Source of the DNA: Promethearchaeota archaeon
GTDB taxonomy: Archaea > Asgardarchaeota > Lokiarchaeia > Sigyniarchaeales > SOKP01
Length of the DNA: 64,000 nt
Direction: 5' to 3'
Assembly (NCBI GenBank): GCA_048940925.1
Contig: JBHLOC010000004.1
Location: 1-64,000, forward strand
Shown: one piece after another, positions 18,879 through 31,496 of the stretch
Layout of the letters: every line of letters begins with the position of its first letter
Numbering within the stretch: position 1 is the stretch's first letter
Notes under the pieces: generated by a model
Databases searched by the model: none
The model's input: only the letters and a program-made list of their open reading frames with translations
Told to the model about the DNA's origin: nothing
Position numbers and translations under genes: made by a program

Positions 18879-21380
18879 ATGGATGAGATAAAAGTTGTAG
18901 GAGCTCGAATTCATAATCTTAAAAATATTAACGTAATTATCCCTAAAAATAAGATTATTCTAATTACAGGTGTATCAGGTTCAGGCAAATCTAGTCTAGC
19001 TTTTGATATTCTTTTCGATGAGGGAATGAATAGATATTTGCAATCGATTGGTTTCCCTCCTAAATTTGAAGATGAAAAGCCATTTGATTTAATAGAAGGA
19101 TTAAGCCCTACAGTAGCAGTGGAGCAGAGAACAACGAGAGTATTTAATCCTCGTTCTACTGTTGGAACTAAAACAGGAATTTATGGAATTCTTCGCATGC
19201 TATATGCTACAGAGGGTGTATTAATCTGTCCTATTTGTAAAGAACCCGTAAATGAATCAACCTTAGAATGTGGTTTGTGTGGGATGGTTGTAGAACGCAA
19301 ACAAATTAAGTACTTTTCTTTTAATGAACCAAGCGGAATGTGCCTAAATTGCCGTGGACGAGGTTATACCTTGCATATTACAGAAGAGATGATTGTTCAA
19401 GATTATAATCGGAATCTTATACAAATAACTAAAGCAGGTTCAGCAGTTTTTGCTGATCAAATTCGTTTTGTTGAGCAATTACCAAGATTCTATAATTTTG
19501 ACATAAATACGCCCTATAAAGATTTACCAGATGATGTAAAACGAGTGTTCTTGTATGGGAGTGGTAAAAAATTGCCTTTTGAGTGGGATTCAAAAACATT
19601 TACTGGAATTTTAGAAAGAGTGTTTGAGGGAATCATTCCACATATAAAGCGTGCTCTTGTGGAATCGAAAAGTACCTACAGGCAACAGAAAATACATAAA
19701 AATTATATGTCAATGAAAAAATGTGAAGAATGTAATGGTTATCGAATAAACGACCAAGCTAGAGAGATTAAAATCTCAGATAAGCATATTGGTGAGTTAG
19801 CTTTAATGACTATTGATGAATTGATTGAATTCTTGGAAAGTCTAAGTGAACAACACATAAAAAGTCCTCAAGGTAAATCAATGTTAGTTAGTTTATTGGA
19901 AGGGTTAAAACGCATGGTTAATGTTGGTCTCTCATACTTACATCTACATCGCTCCTTACCTACATTAAGTGGTGGTGAACTTCAACGATTATCTCTCATG
20001 ACTCATTTAGATGCAGGTCTCAACTCTCTCATATATATATTGGATGAACCAAGTATGAGTTTACATGAACAAGAAAAGGAATCCTTAATTAATATATTAA
20101 AACAATTGAGAGATTTAGGAAATTCTGTAATAGTAGTTGAACACGATAAACGGTTTATAGAAATTGCTGATGAAATAATTGATATTGGTCCAGGAGCAGG
20201 TGTTAAGGGAGGTGAGATAGTGTATCAAGGGATATTAGATGGAATATATAAAATAGAAAAATCTTATACGGGTCAATTTTTGGATGGAAATATTAAATTA
20301 CCAAAAAAATCCCGAGATGAACGCAAAACTATTGATAAAAACACAAAATTCCTGACAATTAGAAATGCAAAAACTAATAATCTTAAAAATATCACCGTAA
20401 AAATCCCTTTAGGTATGATGGTTGGGATCGCTGGTCTTTCTGGATCTGGTAAAAGTTCTCTTATCTTAGATACCCTAGTTCCATTAATAATTCCATATTT
20501 CAAAAAAGGGGTTAATTCGATCCAAAGAAAAGTTGATAATAATAGTGAAAGCGAGGAAAATGGTGAAGATCTTTTAGATTATTCTGGTTTTATTGAAGGG
20601 TGGAAAAATATTGATGAAATTATTGTGGTAAATCAAAAACCAATATCAAGAGTGAGAACTTCTACTCCATGTTCTTTTATAGGTATCTGGGATAAAATAA
20701 GGAATTTATTTGCTAAAACACCAGAAGCAAAAAAGAGAAAATATAAAGCTGGACATTTTTCTTATAATTCTGATAATGGGAGGTGTCCTTCTTGTAAAGG
20801 TACTGGTGAAACAGATTTACAAATTTCATTTCTTAGTAGTTTTTCCATCCCTTGTAAAGAATGTAAAGGTTTAAGGTATAAACCAGAGATTTTAGAGGTG
20901 AAATATAAAGGTAAAACAATTTCAGAGGTATTAGATATGACAGTAAGTGAAGCACTAGAAGTTTTTAAATCCCAAACAAGTATTTCAAGGGTATTAAAAA
21001 TTCTTGATGAAGTTGGTATGGGGTATATCACGCTTGGACAGCCTGCACCAACATTGAGTGGAGGCGAAGCTCAACGTATTAAACTGGCAAAAGAATTAGG
21101 AAAAGCACGTAAAGGGAATTCATTATATATTCTAGATGAACCAACAGTTAGTTTGTCGTTTTATGATGCTGTAAAGTTAATACAGTTACTTGAGCAACTA
21201 GTTCAAGATGGAAATAGTGTAATAATCATAGAACATGATCCGGATATTCTTGCATATACTGATTATATAATAGAATTGGGGCCTAAAGGAGGTCCAAAAG
21301 GAGGAGAAATAATTGCAAGTGGACCCCCTGAAGATATTAAAAAAAATAAAAATTCAAATACAGGTTTTTATTTAAATTAA
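18879..21380 (+). CDS. UvrA-like ATPase, short form lacking the UvrB-binding domain (UvrA2/DrrC-like)
   Basis: GARIHNLKN, two GxSGSGKSS, two LSGGE, two LDEP, Zn-finger CxxC pairs; only a short Zn module after the first signature region. Confidence 0.9.
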   Translation: MDEIKVVGARIHNLKNINVIIPKNKIILITGVSGSGKSSLAFDILFDEGMNRYLQSIGFPPKFEDEKPFDLIEGLSPTVAVEQRTTRVFNPRSTVGTKTGIYGILRMLYATEGVLICPICKEPVNESTLECGLCGMVVERKQIKYFSFNEPSGMCLNCRGRGYTLHITEEMIVQDYNRNLIQITKAGSAVFADQIRFVEQLPRFYNFDINTPYKDLPDDVKRVFLYGSGKKLPFEWDSKTFTGILERVFEGIIPHIKRALVESKSTYRQQKIHKNYMSMKKCEECNGYRINDQAREIKISDKHIGELALMTIDELIEFLESLSEQHIKSPQGKSMLVSLLEGLKRMVNVGLSYLHLHRSLPTLSGGELQRLSLMTHLDAGLNSLIYILDEPSMSLHEQEKESLINILKQLRDLGNSVIVVEHDKRFIEIADEIIDIGPGAGVKGGEIVYQGILDGIYKIEKSYTGQFLDGNIKLPKKSRDERKTIDKNTKFLTIRNAKTNNLKNITVKIPLGMMVGIAGLSGSGKSSLILDTLVPLIIPYFKKGVNSIQRKVDNNSESEENGEDLLDYSGFIEGWKNIDEIIVVNQKPISRVRTSTPCSFIGIWDKIRNLFAKTPEAKKRKYKAGHFSYNSDNGRCPSCKGTGETDLQISFLSSFSIPCKECKGLRYKPEILEVKYKGKTISEVLDMTVSEALEVFKSQTSISRVLKILDEVGMGYITLGQPAPTLSGGEAQRIKLAKELGKARKGNSLYILDEPTVSLSFYDAVKLIQLLEQLVQDGNSVIIIEHDPDILAYTDYIIELGPKGGPKGGEIIASGPPEDIKKNKNSNTGFYLN

Positions 21381-21439
21381 ACTTAGGTATTTTAAAAAAT
21401 ATTTAAGTTAATATTCATAATAATTGTTAAAATAGATAA

Positions 21440-24400
21440 ATGGAAATAGAGATTAAAGGAGCGAGAGAAAATAACTTAAAAGACGTTGATATCAAATTCA
21501 GAGATGGATTAACAGTTGTCACAGGAATTTCTGGCTCAGGAAAGTCATCTCTTGTTTTCGATACTTTATATCATGAATCAAATCGACGATTAATAGAATT
21601 ATTCGGTTATAGTCGAAAATGGTCAAGCCAGAGATCTTCATATAAACTCGCTCCTGCAAAAGTAGGGTCAATAACTGGATTAGGTCCCGCAATTGCTGTT
21701 GGACAGAATTTACTAAATAGAAATCCAAATTCTACCTTAGCTACAGCATCAGGGTTACATCCTTTATTTAGATTACTTTATGCTAGGTTTGGTATAAGAA
21801 AGTGTCCTAATTGTGGTGCTGATGTATCTATCCTAACTCGAGATGAAATAATTGACTATCTACATAATTTATCTAAAGAAAAATCTATTATTGTTTATTG
21901 TCAATTATTCAATAACGTGTTTGGAAGCCATAAGACCTTGCTTAGTCTTTTATCAAAGCAATTTCCTTTAGAAGATTTATATGTAGATGGTAAAAATTGG
22001 AATGGTATTGAACTTAATCCTGATAATCGTCATACCATCATAATTAAACTAGCTCAAATCGATTGTTCAACCTCAGATGATTATATACGAGATATTATAA
22101 TAAAGAGTCAAACATTAGGTTCTAACGTATTTCAGATAGAGATCGACAAAAGAATTGAAAGAATTACGGGAATATTATCTTGTGTGGAATGTGGTGCATG
22201 GTTAAAAGACGTTGAACCTAAGCATTTTCATATGGCTTGTCCATTTTGTAAAAGAAAAGGTTGTAAACATTGTAATAATACTGGGTTACACCCATTAGCC
22301 TCATCTGTATATTTTTCAGATTTACTTATTACGCATCTGCTAACATTTTCTGTAAAAGATGCTCTAAAGCTTTTTAATGATATCAGATTATCACCCTCTT
22401 CAAATCGTCTTATTTCTGAAATAACAAAAAGGTTAGTTGCATTAAAAGAAGTAGGACTTGATTATTTAACTTTAAATCGTTCTTCTCCTACATTATCTCG
22501 AGGTGAATCACAACGAGTAAGGATTGCTCTCACATTGATAAATCAATTAGAAGATGTATTGCATGTACTTGATGAACCTACGATTGGTCAACATGTGGCA
22601 AATGTTTCTAGATTTTTACCCATTTTCCATAAATTACCTGGTCCGGTGATTTTTGTTGAGCATGATAGAATAGCAGCAGCGGCAGCAGATAATGCAATTG
22701 ATTTAGGACCTGGAGCAGGAGTGAATGGGGGCTCAATAGTATTTAAAGGATTACCTTCAGAATTGTGGGACTCTGATACAACAACAGGAGAATTTTTTAG
22801 TTTAAGAAAAAATGTCATCGTACCGAAAAAAAGACCAAAACCAGCTCTCTTTTTAAAAATTGAAGGCGCTAATATGCACAATTTAAAAGAAATAGATGTG
22901 CAGATTCCATTAAATCGGCTCACCGTTATAACTGGTGTTTCAGGTTCAGGAAAGAGTACTTTAATTGAAAATGTTCTTCATGCATCATTAAGAGATAAAA
23001 AACCTGTCGGTTGTGAGAGAATTATAGGACCACCTTTAAAATCAATAATGGTTGACCAAAGTCCTATCGGTAAAAATCCCCGTTCAAATCCAGCTACGTA
23101 TACTAAAATATCAGAAGTCATACGGAAATTATACGCCAAAGAAACAGGATTAAGTGGATCTCATTTCTCATTTAATAGACCTGAAGGAGCTTGTCCAACT
23201 TGTAAAGGAATGGGTGCTCTGGAAATTAAAATGCGACACTTGCCATCATCTTGGATTCCGTGTCCAGATTGTAAAAAAGCACGATATAATGAAGAAGTTC
23301 TTAAGAATAAAGTTATTTTTAATAATAAACCTTATTCTATATCTGAATTCTATGATTTATCGATATCTGAAATAGCTGATTTAATAGAAAAAGAAGATCG
23401 ATTATCTTTAAAAGATTTACAAAAGATAAAGGAGATGATAAGGACTCTTAATGATATTGGATTAGGTTATTTATCATTAGGGCAGCCAAGCCCTTCTTTA
23501 TCAGGAGGAGAAGCTCAACGTATTAAATTGTCAAAATATTTAGGAAAATCATCCCTAAAAAACCAGGTAATTATATTAGATGAGCCGAGTACAGGCCTTC
23601 ATCCTCAAGATTTGAAAGGTTTATTAATAATCCTAGATCGATTAGTTAGATCAAGAGCGACAGTTATCGTTGTGGAACATAATTTAGATATTATCAAAGC
23701 AGCAGACTGGGTTATCGATCTAGGTCCGGGAGCTGGTGATGAGGGAGGTAAGGTTATCTATTCCGGTCCTTTTGAAGGATTATTAGTATGTAAAGATTCA
23801 GAAACAGCCAAAGTTTTGAAAATAGATGAATCAATAAGACCTAGTTCCAAAAAGAGAAAAAAAAAGGCACCTAATAAAATCACGATTAAAAATGCCCACA
23901 TTCATAATTTGAAAGGGATAAATGTCGAATTCCCTAAAAACTCAATTAATGTAATCACAGGTGTGTCTGGAAGTGGGAAGTCTAGTCTAGTTAGCGATAT
24001 AATCGAAGCTGAAGCCAAACGTCGCTTCTTTGAAACATTATCCATGTATGAGCGTCAAGGGATTCGTGAGGGTCCTGAAGTATTAGTAGATGAGATATCT
24101 GGTCTAGGAGTTACTTCTCGTGTTATAACAACTAGAGCAATGCTTTCACGTAATTTCATGGTCAGAAACACTATTGGAAAGGCAACAGAGATTTCCCACC
24201 ATATTGCTAATTTATTAGCATATGCTGGAGAATGCAAATGTCCAAAATGTGGTGCTTCTATGATAAAAAAGACTGAAATGATTTGCGAGAAATGTAATAC
24301 TCGTATTCCACTACCCAATCCCATCCACTTTGATCCCTCATCATATCGAGCAGCCTGTCAAAAGTGTCATGGTATAGGAACAATTAATATTCCAAATCCA

Positions 24401-26329
24401 GATAAGTTACTTATTCATCCGGATAAACCTTTATGTAAGGGTGCAATGTATTCCCCGGGATTCTGGCCACAGGGATATCTATGTAAGCCATATAATGGCG
24501 GTTATTATGTTCTTCAAGCACTTGCAAAACACTATAACTTTGATCCAGCTAATACGCCTTGGAATGAAATGTCTAAGGAAGCTCAAGATGCATTTTTGTA
24601 TGGAAGTGAAGAACCATTAGAAATACATTATGAGAACCGAAAAGGAGAAAAATATTCTAGAACTGGGAAATATACTGGATTCTACCATGGATGGGTAAAC
24701 GAATGGGATATTGGCGGCACATATACTGATGTTAAAGCATGCGACAGTTGTAAAGGTGCTAAACTTCGACCGGAATTTCTAACTGTCAATTTAAATGGTT
24801 ATAATATATATCAATTGAGTGAACTTCCTTTTGTAGATTTGGTAAATGTTATAGAAGGCGTTTCTTTAGACTATGAAGTTCCCGATATAGTTCAAAATAG
24901 TCGTAAAACCATCTTAGAGCGCTTAAGGTTCTTGATCAAAACAGGTTTAGGATATGTGCATTTAAATAGAATAGCAGCATCCCTTTCAGCAGGTGAGGCT
25001 CAACGGGTTAGATTAGCAGGAGTTTTAGGTAGTGGTCTTACTTCTCTTACAATCATTTTGGATGAACCCTCGAGAGGTTTACACCCTTCAGAACTTAAAG
25101 CATTATTGGAAGCGCTTGTTGAATTACGTGATTTGGGTAATACCATCTTAATGGTAGAACATGATATGTTTCTTATTAAATCAGCAGATTACATTGTTGA
25201 TTTAGGACCTAAAGCGGGAATTGAGGGTGGTAAAATAGTTGCTGCAGGCTCACCGACAGATTTTAAAAAGATAACCACAATAACAGCAGATTGGCTGAAT
25301 GGGAAGAAAAAATTTAATTTCAATAAGCCAGAGAAATCTACTAAGAGATGGTTAAAAATATATGGTGCAAAAGAAAATAATCTAAAAGGTGAAACAATAG
25401 AAATCCCTCACGGTTTTCTAGTAGGGATATGCGGTGTATCAGGTTCTGGTAAATCTACACTATTGATAGATACGATTGGAAGGGCACTTGCTCCAAAAAA
25501 ACATACTACATCAATGGCACAAGAGCCTATGGAACCAGGAGAATATGAAAAAATCGAAGGAAAATTGTCTCAAACGATAATAATTGACCAAACCAGAGCC
25601 AGTATAACAAGCCCGTTGAATTATCTTGGTTTAAGGAAAAACTTCTTTAAATTATTTGCTGAAAGCGAAGATTCATTATCGTTAGGCTTGAGCGAAAAAG
25701 ATCTTAATAGGAAATGTACAGCTTGTAAAGGAGTTGGCAGAATAAAGACTGATATGGGTTTCTTACCAAATATTTACGATATATGTGAAATATGCGATGG
25801 TACTGGCTACTCAATAGATGCTTGGAAAGTTAAGGTTAATAGTGTATCACTACCAGAATTAAATGATAAAACTATTGATGAGATTTATGATTTGTTCAAA
25901 GATGAAGAGACCATTAGAAGTAAATTGAAGTTCGTAAAAGATGTTGGTTTAGGATATCTAGTACTAAACCAACCTGCATATACTTTATCGGGAGGAGAAG
26001 TTCAGAGACTTAAAATTGCAAAGGAACTAAGTAAAAAGAGTAAAAAGAAATCGATGTTTATTTTGGATGAACCGACAATAGGACAACACATGGAGGATGT
26101 TTCTCGTCTTATTAATGTATTACATAGGCTAGTGGAAAAAGGACATACTGTGGTAGTTATTGAACATCATCCCCATCTTCTAGCAGCATGTGATTGGTTA
26201 ATAGAACTCGGTCCTGGTGCGGGTGATGATGGTGGAAGATTAATCGCTGCTGATAGGCCTGAAAAGATTGCTGTAGGTAACACACCAACAGCTCCCTACA
26301 TAAAAGAAGTTTTGGAGGAGATAGCATGA
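21440..26329 (+). CDS. double-length UvrA-like ATPase (four ABC domains)
   Basis: Four G(I/V)SGSGKS, signatures LSRGE/LSGGE/LSAGE/LSGGE, four LDEP. Confidence 0.9.
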   Translation: MEIEIKGARENNLKDVDIKFRDGLTVVTGISGSGKSSLVFDTLYHESNRRLIELFGYSRKWSSQRSSYKLAPAKVGSITGLGPAIAVGQNLLNRNPNSTLATASGLHPLFRLLYARFGIRKCPNCGADVSILTRDEIIDYLHNLSKEKSIIVYCQLFNNVFGSHKTLLSLLSKQFPLEDLYVDGKNWNGIELNPDNRHTIIIKLAQIDCSTSDDYIRDIIIKSQTLGSNVFQIEIDKRIERITGILSCVECGAWLKDVEPKHFHMACPFCKRKGCKHCNNTGLHPLASSVYFSDLLITHLLTFSVKDALKLFNDIRLSPSSNRLISEITKRLVALKEVGLDYLTLNRSSPTLSRGESQRVRIALTLINQLEDVLHVLDEPTIGQHVANVSRFLPIFHKLPGPVIFVEHDRIAAAAADNAIDLGPGAGVNGGSIVFKGLPSELWDSDTTTGEFFSLRKNVIVPKKRPKPALFLKIEGANMHNLKEIDVQIPLNRLTVITGVSGSGKSTLIENVLHASLRDKKPVGCERIIGPPLKSIMVDQSPIGKNPRSNPATYTKISEVIRKLYAKETGLSGSHFSFNRPEGACPTCKGMGALEIKMRHLPSSWIPCPDCKKARYNEEVLKNKVIFNNKPYSISEFYDLSISEIADLIEKEDRLSLKDLQKIKEMIRTLNDIGLGYLSLGQPSPSLSGGEAQRIKLSKYLGKSSLKNQVIILDEPSTGLHPQDLKGLLIILDRLVRSRATVIVVEHNLDIIKAADWVIDLGPGAGDEGGKVIYSGPFEGLLVCKDSETAKVLKIDESIRPSSKKRKKKAPNKITIKNAHIHNLKGINVEFPKNSINVITGVSGSGKSSLVSDIIEAEAKRRFFETLSMYERQGIREGPEVLVDEISGLGVTSRVITTRAMLSRNFMVRNTIGKATEISHHIANLLAYAGECKCPKCGASMIKKTEMICEKCNTRIPLPNPIHFDPSSYRAACQKCHGIGTINIPNPDKLLIHPDKPLCKGAMYSPGFWPQGYLCKPYNGGYYVLQALAKHYNFDPANTPWNEMSKEAQDAFLYGSEEPLEIHYENRKGEKYSRTGKYTGFYHGWVNEWDIGGTYTDVKACDSCKGAKLRPEFLTVNLNGYNIYQLSELPFVDLVNVIEGVSLDYEVPDIVQNSRKTILERLRFLIKTGLGYVHLNRIAASLSAGEAQRVRLAGVLGSGLTSLTIILDEPSRGLHPSELKALLEALVELRDLGNTILMVEHDMFLIKSADYIVDLGPKAGIEGGKIVAAGSPTDFKKITTITADWLNGKKKFNFNKPEKSTKRWLKIYGAKENNLKGETIEIPHGFLVGICGVSGSGKSTLLIDTIGRALAPKKHTTSMAQEPMEPGEYEKIEGKLSQTIIIDQTRASITSPLNYLGLRKNFFKLFAESEDSLSLGLSEKDLNRKCTACKGVGRIKTDMGFLPNIYDICEICDGTGYSIDAWKVKVNSVSLPELNDKTIDEIYDLFKDEETIRSKLKFVKDVGLGYLVLNQPAYTLSGGEVQRLKIAKELSKKSKKKSMFILDEPTIGQHMEDVSRLINVLHRLVEKGHTVVVIEHHPHLLAACDWLIELGPGAGDDGGRLIAADRPEKIAVGNTPTAPYIKEVLEEIA

Positions 26330-27366
26330 CGTGGGTACCATTATTATTAACTGATCCTTCACCTAACTTAAGATTACTTGTATTAAAGGAATTATTAAAC
26401 CGTCCAGATGATGATGATGAGATACAAGAATTATACGTATTACGTGAAAAAGATCCAATTGTGGAATCGCTTATAAATACTCAATTAGTTGATGGTTCTT
26501 GGAGTAGTGTAGATCTTTCAGGTAATGTGTCTACTTTTGGAAATCTTCAGGCAACTTCTCAAGCATTAGTAAGATTAGGATATCTTGGTTTTGATAAAGA
26601 ACATACAATTGTTAGAAAAGCTGCTGATTTTATTTTTTCAAAACAAGATGAGCAAGGCTCGTGGCCTATTCCAACTGGAAAACAAGGATCATTTGAAGAA
26701 ATACATGGATATGATATGATACCTTTACAGGTCGCAACTCCGTTGGAGGGAATTGCAGCTTGTGGATATGCTACTGATAAACGAGCTGAAAAAGCTTATG
26801 AATGGTTAATGAAACAGCGACTTGATGATGGAGCATGGCCTACAGGGATTGCTTCAGGTGTTTATGGAAAAGTCGCTGGTTATCGAAGAATTCCACACTC
26901 TCGCTGGGGTTGCAGATCATCTACAATTGCAGTGTTAAATTGTTTGACTTATCATCCAAAGAGAAGAAATAGTAATGTGGCTAAAAGAGCACTTGATTTA
27001 ATCTTAGGATGTGAAACGAAGCAAAAAAATTTACTGGGTTTCGCAATTTCTCGTCTTATTGGTTTAGAAGAATCAAGAGGATGGAGAACTTATTATCCTA
27101 AAATGGATGCTGCGCATATATTAAGTCTCTGCTCAAAGATAGGTGCTTCATTAGATGATGAAAGAATTGCAGAATTAGCTGATTTCGTTAAAAGGGAGCA
27201 AGGTGAGTATGGATTGTGGGAATGTCCATTGCACCCTCAAGCCTCCCGATGGTTAACGTTTGATTTATTAAAAACATTTTCTCATTTAGATGTTAATACA
27301 GATTGGATTAGTCTAGAGCCTCGGACTCCTTTTCAAGAATATCCTAAGAAAATGAAAAGATTCTAA
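26326..27366 (+). CDS. prenyltransferase/squalene-cyclase-like alpha-toroid protein
   Basis: QW-type repeats QLVDGSW, QDEQGSW, QRLDDGAW, QGEYGLW; ATGA overlap with the upstream stop. Confidence 0.75.
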   Translation: MTWVPLLLTDPSPNLRLLVLKELLNRPDDDDEIQELYVLREKDPIVESLINTQLVDGSWSSVDLSGNVSTFGNLQATSQALVRLGYLGFDKEHTIVRKAADFIFSKQDEQGSWPIPTGKQGSFEEIHGYDMIPLQVATPLEGIAACGYATDKRAEKAYEWLMKQRLDDGAWPTGIASGVYGKVAGYRRIPHSRWGCRSSTIAVLNCLTYHPKRRNSNVAKRALDLILGCETKQKNLLGFAISRLIGLEESRGWRTYYPKMDAAHILSLCSKIGASLDDERIAELADFVKREQGEYGLWECPLHPQASRWLTFDLLKTFSHLDVNTDWISLEPRTPFQEYPKKMKRF

Positions 27367-27441
27367 TTAGTATCTTTTTTCCTATAGAAAAAAATTTTTA
27401 AAAAAAAAAATTTCGGAAGAAAAAATTTTAAGATTAAGCTA

Positions 27442-29682
<2,241 letters not shown>

Positions 29683-29776
29683 TTATTGATTCATTATTTT
29701 AGTTTAAATCTTAATTCTATCTATTATAATTCATTTAATCAATAATCATTCCTATATAGGATTGAATACTAAATGA

Positions 29777-29791
29777 CTATAATTATTAAAA
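29777..29791. promoter_or_regulatory. PerR/Fur-box-like site between katG and the regulator
   Basis: CTATAATTATTAAAA, 2 mismatches to TTATAATnATTATAA; AT-rich context weakens the match. Confidence 0.35.
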
Positions 29792-29860
29792 AAGGTTATC
29801 TTTATATAATAAAAGCTATTTTTATATCATGGAATATATTTTGAAATATAACATAAACAA

Positions 29861-30283
29861 GTGATATTGATGGATGACAAGGAATTGATTAATCTTTTTA
29901 GAGATAAGGGATTTAAAGTCACAGTTCAACGATTAGCAATATGTAAATATGTGTTACCCAGAGGTGATCATCCATCAGCAGAGCAAATATATCAAGCTTT
30001 AAAAATTGATTATCCTACAATTAGTTTAGGCACTATTTATAAGACTCTACATCTAATGCAAGACTTAAATATCATTCAAGAATTAGGATTTAAAGATGGA
30101 TCTAGAAGATATGACCCAGATATGGACCCTCATATAAATATGGTATGTACCAAATGTGGAAAAATTTATGATTATAAGACTAAAAAGGTTAAAGAATTAT
30201 GGAATAATATCTTATCAGAACTAGAAATTAAGCCTAAAAGCCAGCGTATAGATATTTATTATGAATGTGATGAATGTAAATAA
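29861..30283 (+). CDS. Fur/PerR family transcriptional regulator
   Basis: T.QRLAI, HPSAEQIY, TIYKTL, RYD, H..MVCTKCG, CDEC; divergent from katG. Confidence 0.92.
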   Translation: MILMDDKELINLFRDKGFKVTVQRLAICKYVLPRGDHPSAEQIYQALKIDYPTISLGTIYKTLHLMQDLNIIQELGFKDGSRRYDPDMDPHINMVCTKCGKIYDYKTKKVKELWNNILSELEIKPKSQRIDIYYECDECK

Positions 30284-30348
30284 ATTGATTTACATAAAAT
30301 CTTTTCTATAAAACTCTTCTAATTTCTTTAATCAAGTTTTAAAATATT

Positions 30349-30783
30349 ATGAAGGATGACCCAGAAAGTAAGGAAAAAGCTAACGAAAAGGAGAAAAGAG
30401 AGGAAAAGAAAGTAATCAGGTATTTTATTTTCTTAGGAGGCTTTATATCTCTGATATTAGGAGTTATAGGGATTGTGATCCCAATTCTTCCCACTACACC
30501 TTTTTTACTACTTGCATCTGCTGCTTTTGCTAAATCATCAAAAAGATTTCATAGATGGCTATTAAATAATAAAATATTTGGAACTTACATTAGATATTAT
30601 AAAGAAGGTAAGGGCATGCCTTTTAAAATTAAAGTGATTACGCTAGCATTGCTATGGATAACGATTTTGATCTCAATTTTATTACTAATGAACTTATTTT
30701 GGGTGCAAATATTATTAATTTGCATAGCTGTTGCAGTTTCTATTCATATTATATTAATTAGGCCAAAAAAAAAATCAAAATAA
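30349..30783 (+). CDS. YbaN/DUF454 membrane protein
   Basis: LGVIGIVIPILPTTPFLLLA…FAKSS.RFH.WL. Confidence 0.9.
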   Translation: MKDDPESKEKANEKEKREEKKVIRYFIFLGGFISLILGVIGIVIPILPTTPFLLLASAAFAKSSKRFHRWLLNNKIFGTYIRYYKEGKGMPFKIKVITLALLWITILISILLLMNLFWVQILLICIAVAVSIHIILIRPKKKSK

Positions 30784-30890
30784 ACTCCAATAATATCTTT
30801 TACCATTTTTTTCGCTATTATAGTATATTTAAGAGCTAATCTGCCTTTTAATTTCTATTCATTTAGATTATTTAAAATGATTGTTTTATT

Positions 30891-31322
30891 TTAGTCTCTC
30901 TTTTCATTTTTGTCTATGTTATTTCTGTTATCACCTAACAACTCATTTTTAAATTTCTCAATTTCCTTCCCAAAATAAGAGATCAAACCAGGATGATCTT
31001 CTGCAGGAAGATTAACTCCCATAATAGGTTTTAATATATTGCCCTCTTTGTCTATAACATTATATTCTTCTAAAATTCTTTTATTAACTTCCAATTCTTC
31101 ACCATTAGATATCCAAAACATCCCCTTCGGACAATTTATTAATATCTTTGTTACCAAATGTGTTTGTTTTTCGCAATTTGGGCAAGTATAATAATATTGA
31201 TCATTTAACAGTTTCTGAATTAAGTCAGGATCTAACCATGTATTAATGGAAGCTTCCCACATTATCCGAAAATGGTTACCACAATGAGGACAATCTATTT
31301 CTCTGCTATCTATACGCGTCAT
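30891..31322 (-). CDS. CpXC-domain zinc-ribbon protein
   Basis: CPHCG…SIN..LDPDL…L…CPNCE. Confidence 0.75.
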   Translation of the reverse strand: MTRIDSREIDCPHCGNHFRIMWEASINTWLDPDLIQKLLNDQYYYTCPNCEKQTHLVTKILINCPKGMFWISNGEELEVNKRILEEYNVIDKEGNILKPIMGVNLPAEDHPGLISYFGKEIEKFKNELLGDNRNNIDKNEKRD

Positions 31323-31401
31323 TATAATTTCATTAGGGCATCGAATATTAATATATATCTAATTTTGATAGAACAATTTTGAATAAGATAGTTCAGATTG
31401 T

Positions 31402-31439
31402 GTGACATAGTGTCACCATGTCGTGACAATGTTTAAATA
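31402..31439 (+). promoter_or_regulatory. triple GTGACA/TGTCAC operator followed by TATA box, upstream of actin
   Basis: GTGACA-tag-TGTCAC-catgtc-GTGACA (31402-31428), then TTTAAATA (31432-31439). Confidence 0.65.
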
Positions 31440-31496
31440 TTTGTGTTTCTATTTATATCTCACTATAATTTAAAATAAAAAAAAGGTGGTAGAAAA

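Noticed and set aside
18879-26329. Canonical uvrA gene symbol
   Set aside because: One copy lacks the UvrB-binding domain, the other is double-length, and no uvrB/uvrC is in the window.
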